A stretch of 64,000 bases of DNA from Phoronis australis (lineage: Eukaryota > Animalia > Phoronida): positions 266,805 through 330,804 of the forward strand of contig NMRA01000189.1 in NCBI GenBank assembly GCA_002633005.1, given 5' to 3'. Below the pieces are notes generated by a model, which was not told the DNA's origin, searched no databases, and worked only from the letters and a program-made list of their open reading frames with translations. This document shows, piece after piece, positions 12,501 to 23,500 of the stretch; the stretch's first letter is position 1, and the number at the start of each line of letters is the position of its first letter. The translations under genes were made by a program, and so were the position numbers.

Positions 12501-15500
12501 GTAATCACAATCAGATCTACACATGGGCGGATCCAGGATTTTGAGTTAGGGGAGGGCCAGGGCAGATTATTAGCCAGAATTTTGCCGTCAGACATTCAAA
12601 CCCCCAAACTGCCCAATGGAATCTTGGAGAATTTTAGGGGGCCATGGCCCCATTGACCCCCCTCTAAATCCGCCCCTGCTACATGCATCACAAATGAATG
12701 AGTTTTGAACATTGTGCACGCAGTGTATGATATTAAAATTCCAATAATTCAGTATTGAAATTGACAATCTACACTAACTAACCTTCTAAAAATCAACAAC
12801 AATGCAAGATTCACGGCGATCAAGTTGTGTTAGATTAACATGTCTCGCTGAGAAGGCGACACCTAGTGCAAATACAGTTAGTCTACCTTAATAGTCGTTT
12901 TCTGATATGCAATGACATGAGGAAATACGCTTTGCCACTAGACGGCGGTAGTGTAGTTGGTGGACGGCGTTCTTTGTGAGCATCATGACATCAAATTGAC
13001 TCTGTTGTGTGGTGGGATATACACACAAAAAGGTTTGTCTCAAAAATGTATGTAAATGAAAGAAATTGTGTTTCGTCCCTGTCAACTTGGCTCCTCTCGC
13101 ACACCAGAATTAGAAATTGGGTCGCACTGCTAAAAATTTGTATCTACAATTTTTCCTACACATTCCAAACAAATGTTCGAATATTGAAGTTAAAAAGCCC
13201 TTCCCTAAGTTTCTAACGAGTTCCTTTGTATGGATGTGAAATCATGAACAATTATTAGGAGAACTCACTGCAAAGAGCAGTCTTCAAAATGGCTGCCATA
13301 TTAAAATTACGCTTCTTAGAACCACGGCTTACTGGTGCAAGATTGGTCGAGGTTCTAGTTTTCTAAAAACTTACTTGTGGTAGGCTGCAGTTGAACCAAA
13401 GCAGAATTGTTTTCAATACTTTTAGACAACACTTTGAACTTGACTAATGGGCGTATCACAGATGCCTTTCTAATGCTTGTTTCAGAGTATTTGTCCACAA
13501 TTACTGTCTGAAAAAATAAAAGAACCATGAACCAACCATATAACAGGACATTTAATTCTGTGGAGCGATCATTTTAACATAAATATTACAATTTATACTC
13601 AGCAATGTTACAGCTTAAAGATGAGTACTGAGTTATTTCCTGCCTATTATACATTTTCTACTTTGTTTCCGTTGTTGTTTGCAGATTATTTTGTGACAGG
13701 TGTGCAGAACTTTGTGTGTGAATCTTAAAATGGGACTGTCTTAGGGGTTCTGTGAGGAACTTCCCCATTTTCCCCAAAAATATTCATTTTACGAAACGAC
13801 AGTCATTGAAAATCCTTAAAACCTGAAGACAAGAGCTCTTAACTTGCACTGGCTGTAACACACAAAGAGTTTTCACAAATTATGAAAATAAACAAACAGT
13901 CCAGTAATCGGCCCATTTTTTGTTTGAATTAATAAAAATTCGCCAAGTGTTAAACAAAGCGCAATTGACACCAAAATTTTGAGGAATAGTTAATTACGAT
14001 AATTGCACCTAGCTGCTCTGCGAAGCTGCATTTCCATGGGCAACTCCACAGGGGGTATAAGCAAACATGAGTATTAAAGAGAGGAAAAGTACCTTTGAAA
14101 ATTTGGCGTTGGACATTAAGCCAAATGTAAGCACTAACCTGGCCATTAAGACGTTCAATTCTAAAGCCATCAACTCTTGGCTATGGCTATAAATCAAAAG
14201 TGAAGTTTCTTTAAATTAGAACAAAATATGGTGGAACAGCAAAATTTCAACACCAGTAATTTCACTCGATTATTTCAAAAGTTCATATGGTACAATGAAA
14301 TTTTGAACATTTTTGGTAATTCAGTGGGGACTAGAAAAATCAGTAACGGACAATTTTGGCCATTATTTTGGTTCGAATTTCAGGAAACTTTCTGTACCTA
14401 CCATGTGATAACCTCCAACTTTGACCTGGCCAACAGGAACACTTTCTTCCCCTTCTTTTATTGTGGGAATTCCCATGGTTATGGCACTTAAACAAAAATT
14501 TCAAAGTTCACATCAAACTGTTTACCACCGTAAGCGATTACAAATTAACACTTGACAAAATGTCTTAAATGCAAGTTACATTAAACAGTTCATGAAACAG
14601 GAAAAAAAACAATAAATAAATGCAATTCATTTGTTGCTACCAATGAACATATAAAAATCATTATTATCAGAGCTTGGAATGACCAATGACAAAAAAGAGG
14701 AAAATTTTCCAGGTGATGTATTGTTTCACAAATAAATAGCCTTGTGTGATAGAAATATTTGTGTTGTAAACTACTGAAATAAATGTTTTTGCATGAATAA
14801 AGTCAAATAATGACAAAAAGAGCCAAAAAAAGAGGAGACTGGAAATAAAAAAGAGGAAATCAAAATTAAAAAAGAGGAAATCATCTTAAAAGAGGAAAAT
14901 TCCAAACCATATATTATTGAATTCCAACAAGTGTTCAAGAATTTCAGTTTGCTTTGCAGCGCAGTCCACCTGACAACATAAATATATGTCTGTAAATAAT
15001 CATCATGCCAAATGCCACACCAGAATTTTTTGAAGGGTTGTTTCTGAGTCCTACTAGTCAGCATGTGTTTCCTGAGCCGTGCCTTCATTTCCATTGACTT
15101 GCACAAAACCAAGACACCACTGTGCAATCTGAAGAACAAGAACACATGACTTAAGAACGCATACCAAAGCTTATAAAACATAAAGTGAAATCCACTTAGC
15201 TTTGTCAATGTTATGGTGAAAACCAAACAGGAAAACGGGAAAAAAGAGTGATAAAATCGTTTAAACGACAGCTAATTTTTATTCCAATATTCCGCTAAAT
15301 TTCAAAAAGATCCGTCATTTTTTAAGTTCAACAGCTGTACTCCACAAACTAGAAAGTAATCACATAAGGCAGATCTACACTTCCACAGCTGCCTTTAATA
15401 AAGATAAAGGTTTTGTGTTGTAAATTCTAACACTGAACAGGGACCTGGGACTAATCACAGAACTCAGAACTCCAGTAAAAAATTGACCAATAGCACGCTT

Positions 15501-18291
15501 CAAATAAACTTCAAATTTGTACTTGAATCACAGGGCGTGATTGATTAAGCTTCAAGTTAGAGTTGAGTTAAACCCCAACTCCTGATCTTTTGTCTGAGAA
15601 TGACGTAGCCTTGTCCTATATTTGTTTGAGAATGATGTAGCCCTGTCCTACATTTGAATGTTTTAATAAGTCATGATTTACAGTCAGAGAGTGGGCAGAA
15701 TATATTTTTGATCCTATTCTAAGTATTATGAATACGGACTTATGAAGCAAAGAAGTCTGAAACGATACATGTAAACATTATTTAACTGACTTTGGCAAAC
15801 AGGCAAACAACAGCTCAGGTTTTGAAAAGGTCACCCACAGCTGTAAGTATCTACAGAATTACCTATCCAGTGACACACCTATGTCCAGGTAGTCAAGACC
15901 AAGGTGTTCTCTAAGCTTGGGTAACACTGACTGCACTGTCAGTGGCTCTGATGAGGCTTGCATTGGTAAGTTGTGAGGTTTGTTGATGGCCAATAGGTGA
16001 GCTGTCAAAGTAAATATTTAAAAATTAAAATTAAAGTGGAATAGAAACGAATTCAAAGGGAATTTGTATCAGAAATATCAGTAATACCTGGTATTGCCAG
16101 ACCTCAAAATAATTTTGCTGCTAAAGCTCTACAATGTTGTACTCACAATTCTGAATGAAACCAAAACCAAAATGGGTACCTACATTTCTGGCCTGGGAGA
16201 AGTCATCTATTATAGGGTAGAGGGAGGGGCGTAGCTCGGCCTCTGAGTCTGGGGTAAATATTCACACATAATCAAAATGGAAAAATGAGACCCATGCTTA
16301 TACCAAGAGCTAGAATTATATCTCCCGTCTTTATCTTTATACATTAAAAGGGCTTAACATATGACCCAGAAGCCTAGACCCAAATTATAGCCCATCCTCA
16401 TGCCTAGGGCACAGGGTTTTTTATTTGATACACCCATGAACTAAATTGGAGTTCTTCATGTTTGTGCTGTATGAAGCGCACGGAAGAAAATTGTTACTTA
16501 GATCATTGCCCATGATCCGTGCAGAAAGTAAGCCTTGACTTTTGGTTGCTAGCCAGGATCACTGGATTGACCGTTTTTAAAATAACAAAACAAAACAAAT
16601 CCGATTGAGATTTATCCCACACACATTGCAAAAGATGAGTGCAATACAGCCATGTTGTGTTGTTTTTCATATTGCACCACCGGAACTACTCTTAATAGTG
16701 CCCTCTATACTCAGATATGGAAAGTACAGAGTAGGCAAATGTCGACACGATGTCACTAGCTGCCTCGATCATCAAACTTCCCCAAAATAGTTTAAAGTAA
16801 TTAAGTTTCAGCAGTATAAATAACACTCAGTTCAGTTTTATTTGCTAAAATATTATCGTCTGCAACTCGGGTGCCAGTTCCTTAGTAACTACAATGTTAA
16901 ATATTTTTGTTATTTAATTATTTTTTAAAAATGTTTATTATCTCTTCTCAAGTTATAAATCTTTACATTCAATACTGTTTTCTATTCCTAGTAGAGTAAA
17001 CTTGTAACATAACACGCAAGTACATACACTATAGGTTGTGACCGCCACCTGAATTTTGTGGACGACGTATTTAAGAATTCGAAACGTATGGGAAAAATAC
17101 AAACCATACCTCGAATGGTGTAGATGACATAACATTCCACTCAACATTGTTGGATATTATTTCATCTACGCCACTCTCTGTACATTTTGTTTATATATTG
17201 GACTTGAGCTTGAAAATTATATTGTACATTAAGAGCACTTACATGTGCATCATGTTGACGATTGTAGATGGCACGTTTATTTCATATGGATCAGAGCGCC
17301 ATCTGGTTTCAAATCGAGTCATTAGATATCTTTTGCAGGGTAAAGCAATGGCTATGACTGTGGCTGAAGCCAACAAGATTACTCTAAACTATCATTTGCA
17401 GAAATGAATGTCTGGAATTTATAGTAATTCACCAATAAAAGTCCTGGGTTACCTTTTCTATATTTTGGTAAGCCTTGAAATAATGAATTTGACAACAGAA
17501 AGTCATTCCAAATGTGAATGTGTCAGTCCAATGTACCCATGATTGGACCCAGTGGACATTATGTTTGTTATCGACATTCCTCCAGTTTTGGTCAATAAAA
17601 ATGCTCCATGGTCTTACCTGTTTCATGAAAGATTATACCCCAGGGACTTGTCACTGATTAATTATACCCCAGAGACGTGTCACTAATTAATTACACCCCA
17701 GGGACGTGCCACTAATTAATTATACCCCAGGGACTTGCCACTAATTAATTATACCCCAGGAACTTGCCAGTAATTAGTTATACCCCAGGGACGTGCCACT
17801 AATTAATTATACCACAGGACTTGCCACTAATTAATTATACCCCAGAGACGTGTCAATAATTAATTATAACCCAGGGTCGTGTCACTAATTAATGCAAACA
17901 ACTTGTCTCCTCATCAAACGTTCATAGCTAGTCTTTTTATCTAGGGTTTTTAATCTCTGCTTACACTTTACAGAATTACTCTCCAATTTTACTTACCATT
18001 TTCAAACACAATATTCCTTAGTAGAGTCTCAAATAACGTCAGTTTCCCATCCCAACTTTTATTATTCAACAACAGATGCCTGCTTCGTGTTGCCTGTGCA
18101 GTGGCAACATGCCCTGTTGTATGTTCTTTGCTGATGTCTGGTTCAGCACCAAGTTCGTTGTGGGTACTTTTGATTCCATTAGCAATCTGGGATCCCAACG
18201 TACTTTGATCTCTTGTAATAACTTTTAAGTTAGATAGACATTGATGATTTTGCAGAGACCGGCAATAATAGCAAAGATGTCTGGAATTCAT
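9275..18291 (-). CDS. RPUSD3: RPUSD3-like mitochondrial RluA-family pseudouridine synthase domain protein (gene span, 7 coding exons, 376 aa)
   Basis: Exons 18291-17997, 16001-15863, 15128-15021, 14486-14402, 13507-13375, 12417-12278 and 9505-9275 join in phase through GT-AG introns (1131 nt). Motifs AINKP, SLDR-SGVLVL, CAITMGIP, ALVQLQP, ILGDHMYSARV, IPLHLH, APLPDYF fit the RluA family and best resemble vertebrate RPUSD3 as recalled. Confidence 0.85.
10677..11755. repeat. Perfect minisatellite, 25 x 43 bp (caaggaccaaatgtaatgcactattggtatcaaagggatgatt)
   Basis: Period 43 (10678, 10721 ... 11753); no variant unit seen; ends with an extra caag; lies in the last RPUSD3-like intron. Confidence 0.97.
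12278..12417 (-). CDS. RPUSD3: RPUSD3-like exon 6
   Basis: ttcag| KWDFLQVFLTQHLCNILGDHMYSARVKSILGRTVLVDPMHAPPRPQ |gtata; phase 1->0. Confidence 0.9.
12522..12678 (+). mobile_element. MITE family A
   Basis: catgggcggat...atccgcccctg with perfect 5-bp TSD ctaca. Confidence 0.8.
13375..13507 (-). CDS. RPUSD3: RPUSD3-like exon 5
   Basis: ttttcag| TVIVDKYSETSIRKASVIRPLVKFKVLSKSIENNSALVQLQPTT |gtaagt; phase 0->1. Confidence 0.88.
14402..14486 (-). CDS. RPUSD3: RPUSD3-like exon 4
   Basis: ttaag| (C)AITMGIPTIKEGEESVPVGQVKVGGYHM |gtagg; phase 2->0. Confidence 0.85.
15021..15128 (-). CDS. RPUSD3: RPUSD3-like exon 3
   Basis: ttcag| (R)LHSGVLVLCKSMEMKARLRKHMLTSRTQKQPFKKF |gtgtgg; weak donor, but phase 2->2 fits both neighbours. 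Confidence 0.82.
15863..16001 (-). CDS. RPUSD3: RPUSD3-like exon 2 (motif I NKP and motif II region)
   Basis: gacag| HLLAINKPHNLPMQASSEPLTVQSVLPKLREHLGLDYLDIGVSLD(R) |gtaat; phase 1->2. Confidence 0.88.
17632..17893. repeat. Minisatellite, about 9 x 29 bp (ttaattataccccagggacgtgccactaa)
   Basis: Period 29 with scattered substitutions; intronic. Confidence 0.9.
17997..18291 (-). CDS. RPUSD3: RPUSD3-like first coding exon (putative mitochondrial targeting region)
   Basis: Exon starts at 18297 after an AG acceptor; ATG at 18291; open frame to ...LFETLLRNIVFEN g|gtaagt (phase 1, matching exon 2). The start codon could lie in a further upstream exon. Confidence 0.75.
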
Positions 18292-18354
18292 TGCAATCTG
18301 AAATTAAATAAAAACTTACAGTTTCTGGCAAGGGAAACGCAAATGAATACTTAA

Positions 18355-19602
18355 AGGAGAGTGCCACCCAAAAAACAACCTATTTTGTATCAATTTAGAT
18401 TGAGTAGTTCTACTCGATAACGGCAAGTTCGGTTGCGTTATCTGACACCTGATGGCAGACGGAAGTATTGAAATTATCCAATGACGTCATTGGTTTCACA
18501 CGCAGTCTGTTCAGCAGTTCACAACACGGGTTACTGGTGTCAGCTTATCACATAAATACATCGTTTAAACACCAATAAATCACCAAACTTTGATGTAAAA
18601 CCCTTAAAAATACACCAAGTTCTGATAAAAATGTGTTGTTGAATTAGCCACGAAACTTCAAATCTACTTAATCGTCGGGGGCCGAGAATTCAGGTTCCCC
18701 TTTGGCCACAGCACCGTCAGGGCAGAAGTTGTACACTGACAATCATTATTTGAATAATGTATATATGTAAATAAAGATTACCCTAACACCTGGCCGTGGG
18801 ATAGAAAATCGAGTTATTGTTTCACAACAGTTTCTGTCAGCAAACACTGAATTAGCATGCGCTCACACGGCCTCAGTGAATGGTCAATTACCTTTATTGC
18901 ATCTGAAGCCGGTAACGCAGCGGTTTATTCATTGCTGGCTTAATTCTCAAAACATTTGCACTCAGGAATACTCCAAAGGCATCTAATGAGACAGTCTTCG
19001 TTTCAGTTTTATATAAGCATTGGTTAGGGCGAGAATATTTCATTTTGAAACAGAAACGCAGAACGTCAACAGAATCCCAACTTCTAGACGAGAGTTCATC
19101 CGACAAAGACTTCGCAGGTGGATCGTTAAGTTTCACAGGCTATCAGTTCAAACCGGAACACAGTGATCAAGAAATACTAGAGAGGCGCCGTCAACATGCA
19201 CAGACAACGGAATGCATGGATAGTTCTTAGCCGGCATTTGTCAGACTCACTTTCGACGCCTTCACGGCCTCATACTTGCTATTAACAACGTACTTTTCAT
19301 TCTTCACTACCCAATCGAGCCAATTCCTAAGCATTTCGGACTCTCGAGGAAATCGAAAAAAACTACGTACCCGCTTTCCTCGCAGCTGTATAGTTCAGAC
19401 AGGTGGTAACGATGCACCCCAACATAGCGGCATTCACTCAGCCAATGAACCACTGATGTCGCTGCGTCGTTTCTCACCTTCTTCACAGCCACAGGTTAAC
19501 ACGCCACCTCTCAGCAAGGTAAGGTCGACCGTATACGAGGCAATGTGGATATAGACCAATTAAGACAGTAAAAAGGCTTATTAAATCGGGTGGAATTCTC
19601 CT
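18355..19602. mobile_element. Kolobok-like non-autonomous DNA transposon
   Basis: TTAA on both sides; TIR aggagagtgccaccc / gggtggaattctcct. Confidence 0.8.
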
Positions 19603-20339
19603 TTAAGTTCTTTCAAAGGGCTCTGTGGCAGACAGTGTAGTTTACTTGACTAATGACTTGCCGTACTGGCGATAAATGTGTTCACACGTGAGCACATGAA
19701 TCATATGATATCTGAGTGTCTAACTCAAACAACCTCAGAGCAAGAAACCTTGTACCAAAGCTACATAACAGGACAAAACACGTAACACTGCAAGAGGGCG
19801 AAGTGTCACATGCAAACCTAAGCTTGACCGACAGGAAAAAGCACGTACCTGGCTCGAACAGCTACTTCAGAGACCGTAGAGAGCGTCTTTGGCTACTTTG
19901 TAAAATATTGCGACACCTGTTGGATATTTCACGATTGCTCCATCTGTAGGTGATGTACGTGACTAAATTAGAAGGTACCTGTGCGTGAATCCGGAGACCC
20001 GTAGAGATGAACTCGCTGTGGTAGGGTCAGTGCCATTATTAATGTTTTGTAAATATTGGTAGCTATATTTCAATTATCAGAATCTATCACTTGTGCTAAT
20101 TTTTAATTGTTCATATCCAAAATCCAACTTTAAATAAACTTAGGCCTACTTTCATTCATTACTGAATACGTTAAATTTTGCAGCGTTCCGTTGAGTATTT
20201 CACAACAAGCAAAATCACGACATCGCAAAAGACGCAAGTGACCGCAATGGCTTTACGCGTGCAATATTCTTGCTTTCACCACCGTCTGCTTTCACGAAAC
20301 TTAGACCTAATCGTCAGTTTGGCGAATGATGGACCACGG

Positions 20340-20520
20340 GTAACGTTCACGCTAAGACTTCGCAAGACTATCAAGACTTCGCGAGATTTCGCGAGATAAA
20401 ACCATTTATTATAATGAGAGCACGTGATGTGGGGTAGATTTTTTACCTCGCGAGAGTGCTAGTACTCAACTCCAGCCCGGTGTCCGTGACGTCACAGATA
20501 CAACAACACCATAGCAACAA
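20340..20520. promoter_or_regulatory. Probable bidirectional promoter of the RPUSD3-like and coiled-coil genes
   Basis: CpG-rich; three TCGCGAGA motifs (20377-20396, 20446-20455), E-box CACGTG 20421-20426, CRE GTGACGTCAC 20486-20495, RFX half-site CCATAGCAAC 20509-20518; lies between divergent genes. Confidence 0.65.
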
Positions 20521-20525
20521 CCATC

Positions 20526-20561
20526 ATGGCGGACCAAGAAGAAGTCAAGAAGAACAGCGGG
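20526..20561 (+). CDS. Coiled-coil gene exon 1
   Basis: Kozak-like atcATGG; MADQEEVKKNSG |gtacg. Confidence 0.75.
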
Positions 20562-23500
20562 GTACGATTGTAATGCTTTTCATACGTGTCATAACTGATC
20601 GTGATTAGTTGAGAGTGTTTAACACGTCACAAAATGACCGGGAAACTGTTTAGTTCTGTTTTAGTTCAATGTGATCTCCCTCTAATTCCAATGACAATAT
20701 CCCTCTGTCTGTCACACTACTGACACTAGTAGCGGTAGCAGTGTCATTGTCAGTGACTCAGTACCAGTGGCAGTGCTGTTCAAGTCCCGTTTAGTAATCA
20801 AGTGATTCAGGCATTCCCAATTTTATGGCATGGCTATGGCTTGTAAGACAATAACAGCACCGTAGAATCTACTTGATACATTGTTATAGTCTAACTGGGC
20901 CAGCGAAGCTCCATGTTCTGCTACATTGAAAGACGTAGTGGTAAAAGATGGTGTTGCAAACCGTTTTTTGCTGAATAGTAGCCAGTGTCATTATTTAGTG
21001 GAAACTGGTTCCTGGCAATCATTCTGAAGAGAGAGTCATCTTTGCTATGGAATTATGCTGGAATGACTTTTGACACTCGTGTCGTCATTTGGCAGATGAT
21101 AGGAAGTCATGGTATCAAGTGAGTCATCCACATCGCAAATTCCTTAAACTAGAAACACCTGCTGAGCATGAGGGGGAGATCTGTATTAGACCTGCACATG
21201 AGCTGACCTCGACTGCTGGTTGGGACGCGCATTCAAAGCCTTGACTCTGCACCTCCCTGACTGTCCAGCATGAAGTGTTTTTAATGAATCAACAGTTGAT
21301 AATGCAGATAATGTAATCTATACAGCAAATGCGTGACATAATGACTTGACAACGTATGTCGCTTACAGGAGTTTTTATCAAAAACATTCGTTTAAAGAAA
21401 AAAAACAAAATGTAATATTTTCTGTTAAGTGTGACTAACCCAGTTGAGATTAGATATCTTACATCAAATCGCCTTTGTAGAAAATTGTTTTATGACAATC
21501 TTGATTTGCAACAGGTGGAAGAAAAATCTCCAACTAATGAGGAGAAGTCTGAGGAAGGCGGTGAAATTGAACAGGACAACAAAGCAAAGGGAAAGGGCAC
21601 AGAAGAAAAGCCAAGGTTTGTGATTAATTGTACATCGAATTTGCTGGGCAACATAAAATAAAGTGCTATCAAGGAGCATTTGAGATTGATTTTGTAGCAC
21701 TAATGCCCTAGATTTGACTTTATTCTTGACATTATGTCTAAAACAGTTAAATTGCAGGGTCAAAATGTGATGTATCTTGAAGTATATTTAACATGATTGA
21801 ACATTTCCATCTTTTCATGTCTGTTTAAAAAAGACTTTAATTTCCTTTTTGAAGATACAATAGTAGAGATATTCTGCACCTGAAGTATTATGATAAAGTC
21901 TCACTGCCCTTGATGTATTATAGAGTGCACCACTTTACCTGCAGCAGTCTACCTCGTCATTAAATACGTTAGAGATCCTCAAAACATATTTCACCATTTT
22001 CATAGGCTACGACTGACTCCAGAAGAGCAGGATATTGCCTATGAACTGAAAGCACAGGTTTTTCGCAACATTGAGGCTCAAAACCAGAAGATCAAGACAG
22101 AACTGGCTCTACACATAAAGCAACAGGAGTTAAAAGAAGCGAGAAAAACCAACCGTAGTCTGCAACAAGAGGCTTCTTTGTCCCGAACTAATGCATTGAA
22201 GTTAATGCATATGTTTGAAAGGAAAGCAAAAGAAGGTAAGTGCCACTGAATGTCGAGCATTCCTATTTGACACGGAGAGAACCCTACATTGCCACTCTCA
22301 CCGGACCAGTTTGTGCAACTCGACATGTTAACCTTAAAATCTGATGCTATCTTCAAGGAAACTGCCCAGCTTCAGTTGGCTAAATTAAATTGATGTATCA
22401 ATGACTAAAACTGGTAATTTTTGAAACTGGCTTTTGAATTTGAATATTTCTCCTAAAAAGTTGCTGGGGTCATTTTCACCCTCAAATGAAATTAGCCAAA
22501 ATGGATGTATTTGAAGTGGTACCTGTTGATGAGCCTGCTAGTCGTCTGGAGAAAATACTGTGGGAACGCTTAATAATGGACCAGACCTATTCTTGAGCCA
22601 ACATGACACAAAGGTTTATTTTCAGCCAATGAAAAGTTACGAGAGATGCAGAAGGAATTAGAGAAATCTCAGGTTATAGCCAATAAGTACAAGGAATTGT
22701 ATGACCAAGAAGTGAGCACCAAGACAGGGGCACCTGCTCCTAAATCTACACATGACAGCGTCACAGCAGTGAGGGCAAGTGAGGTGGCTAAAAGGAATGA
22801 GGTGAGTTTGTTCAGTTGAAGGTCACACTAAGTACCCTTTTTCGAGTGCTACATCCATTGCTAAGAAACGAACATCCATGAGAGGTCTACTGCACAGTGT
22901 GAATAGTGAGGTGGTGCCGAGGATCTTTGCAGGAGTGTTGGTGCATTTCTCAGTTAGTGAACAATCTGGCCAAATGTACCAATGCTTGTAAATTGCAATA
23001 TTGATCAGATCTGCAACACGAGTGAACACTTGGTGTTGGAAGCTAATTGTCAGATTTGTTACGAGCATATAAATCAGTTAAGAATCATCTCAATTTGCAT
23101 TTTGTCATGTAATTTGATGTATACAGTTCAGTGGGACTCAGGTCATTATTGTTTGTCTAGGTATTTTGAGCTGATGTGGAAGGCATGATTTGTGTTGCTT
23201 ACTTACTCCAGAACAAAGCCAAAGGAATTGGATGATAACTTTTTGATTTCTTTATTCATATGCATTATATAAACAACATAGCCTCAAGTAGAATAATTTT
23301 GTGTATGGCAACTGACTGTACGGGTGAGTATTCTGAACCACTTAGGGGTCCAGGCTGATTTTTTTCATGGTGGGTTACACATGACAATTGCAGTTATCCT
23401 CAGATCTCAGATTTACACTCTGATGAGCATCCATGGTTGTTATATGGAGGGGTAAAAAATGTTCAAAGTAAGATGAAATAAGAATAGCACAAAAATAGCA

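Noticed and set aside
12888-13002. Extra RPUSD3-like exon
   Set aside because: It has splice-like ends but stops in all frames, and the flanking exons already join in phase.
14139-14180. 42-nt in-frame cassette exon (PRVDGFRIERLNGQ) in the RPUSD3-like gene
   Set aside because: AG/GT-bounded and phase-compatible, but not needed for the family alignment; unsupported without RNA data.
19849-19943. Upstream coding exon of the RPUSD3-like gene
   Set aside because: Good splice sites but stops in all three frames; at most a 5' UTR exon.
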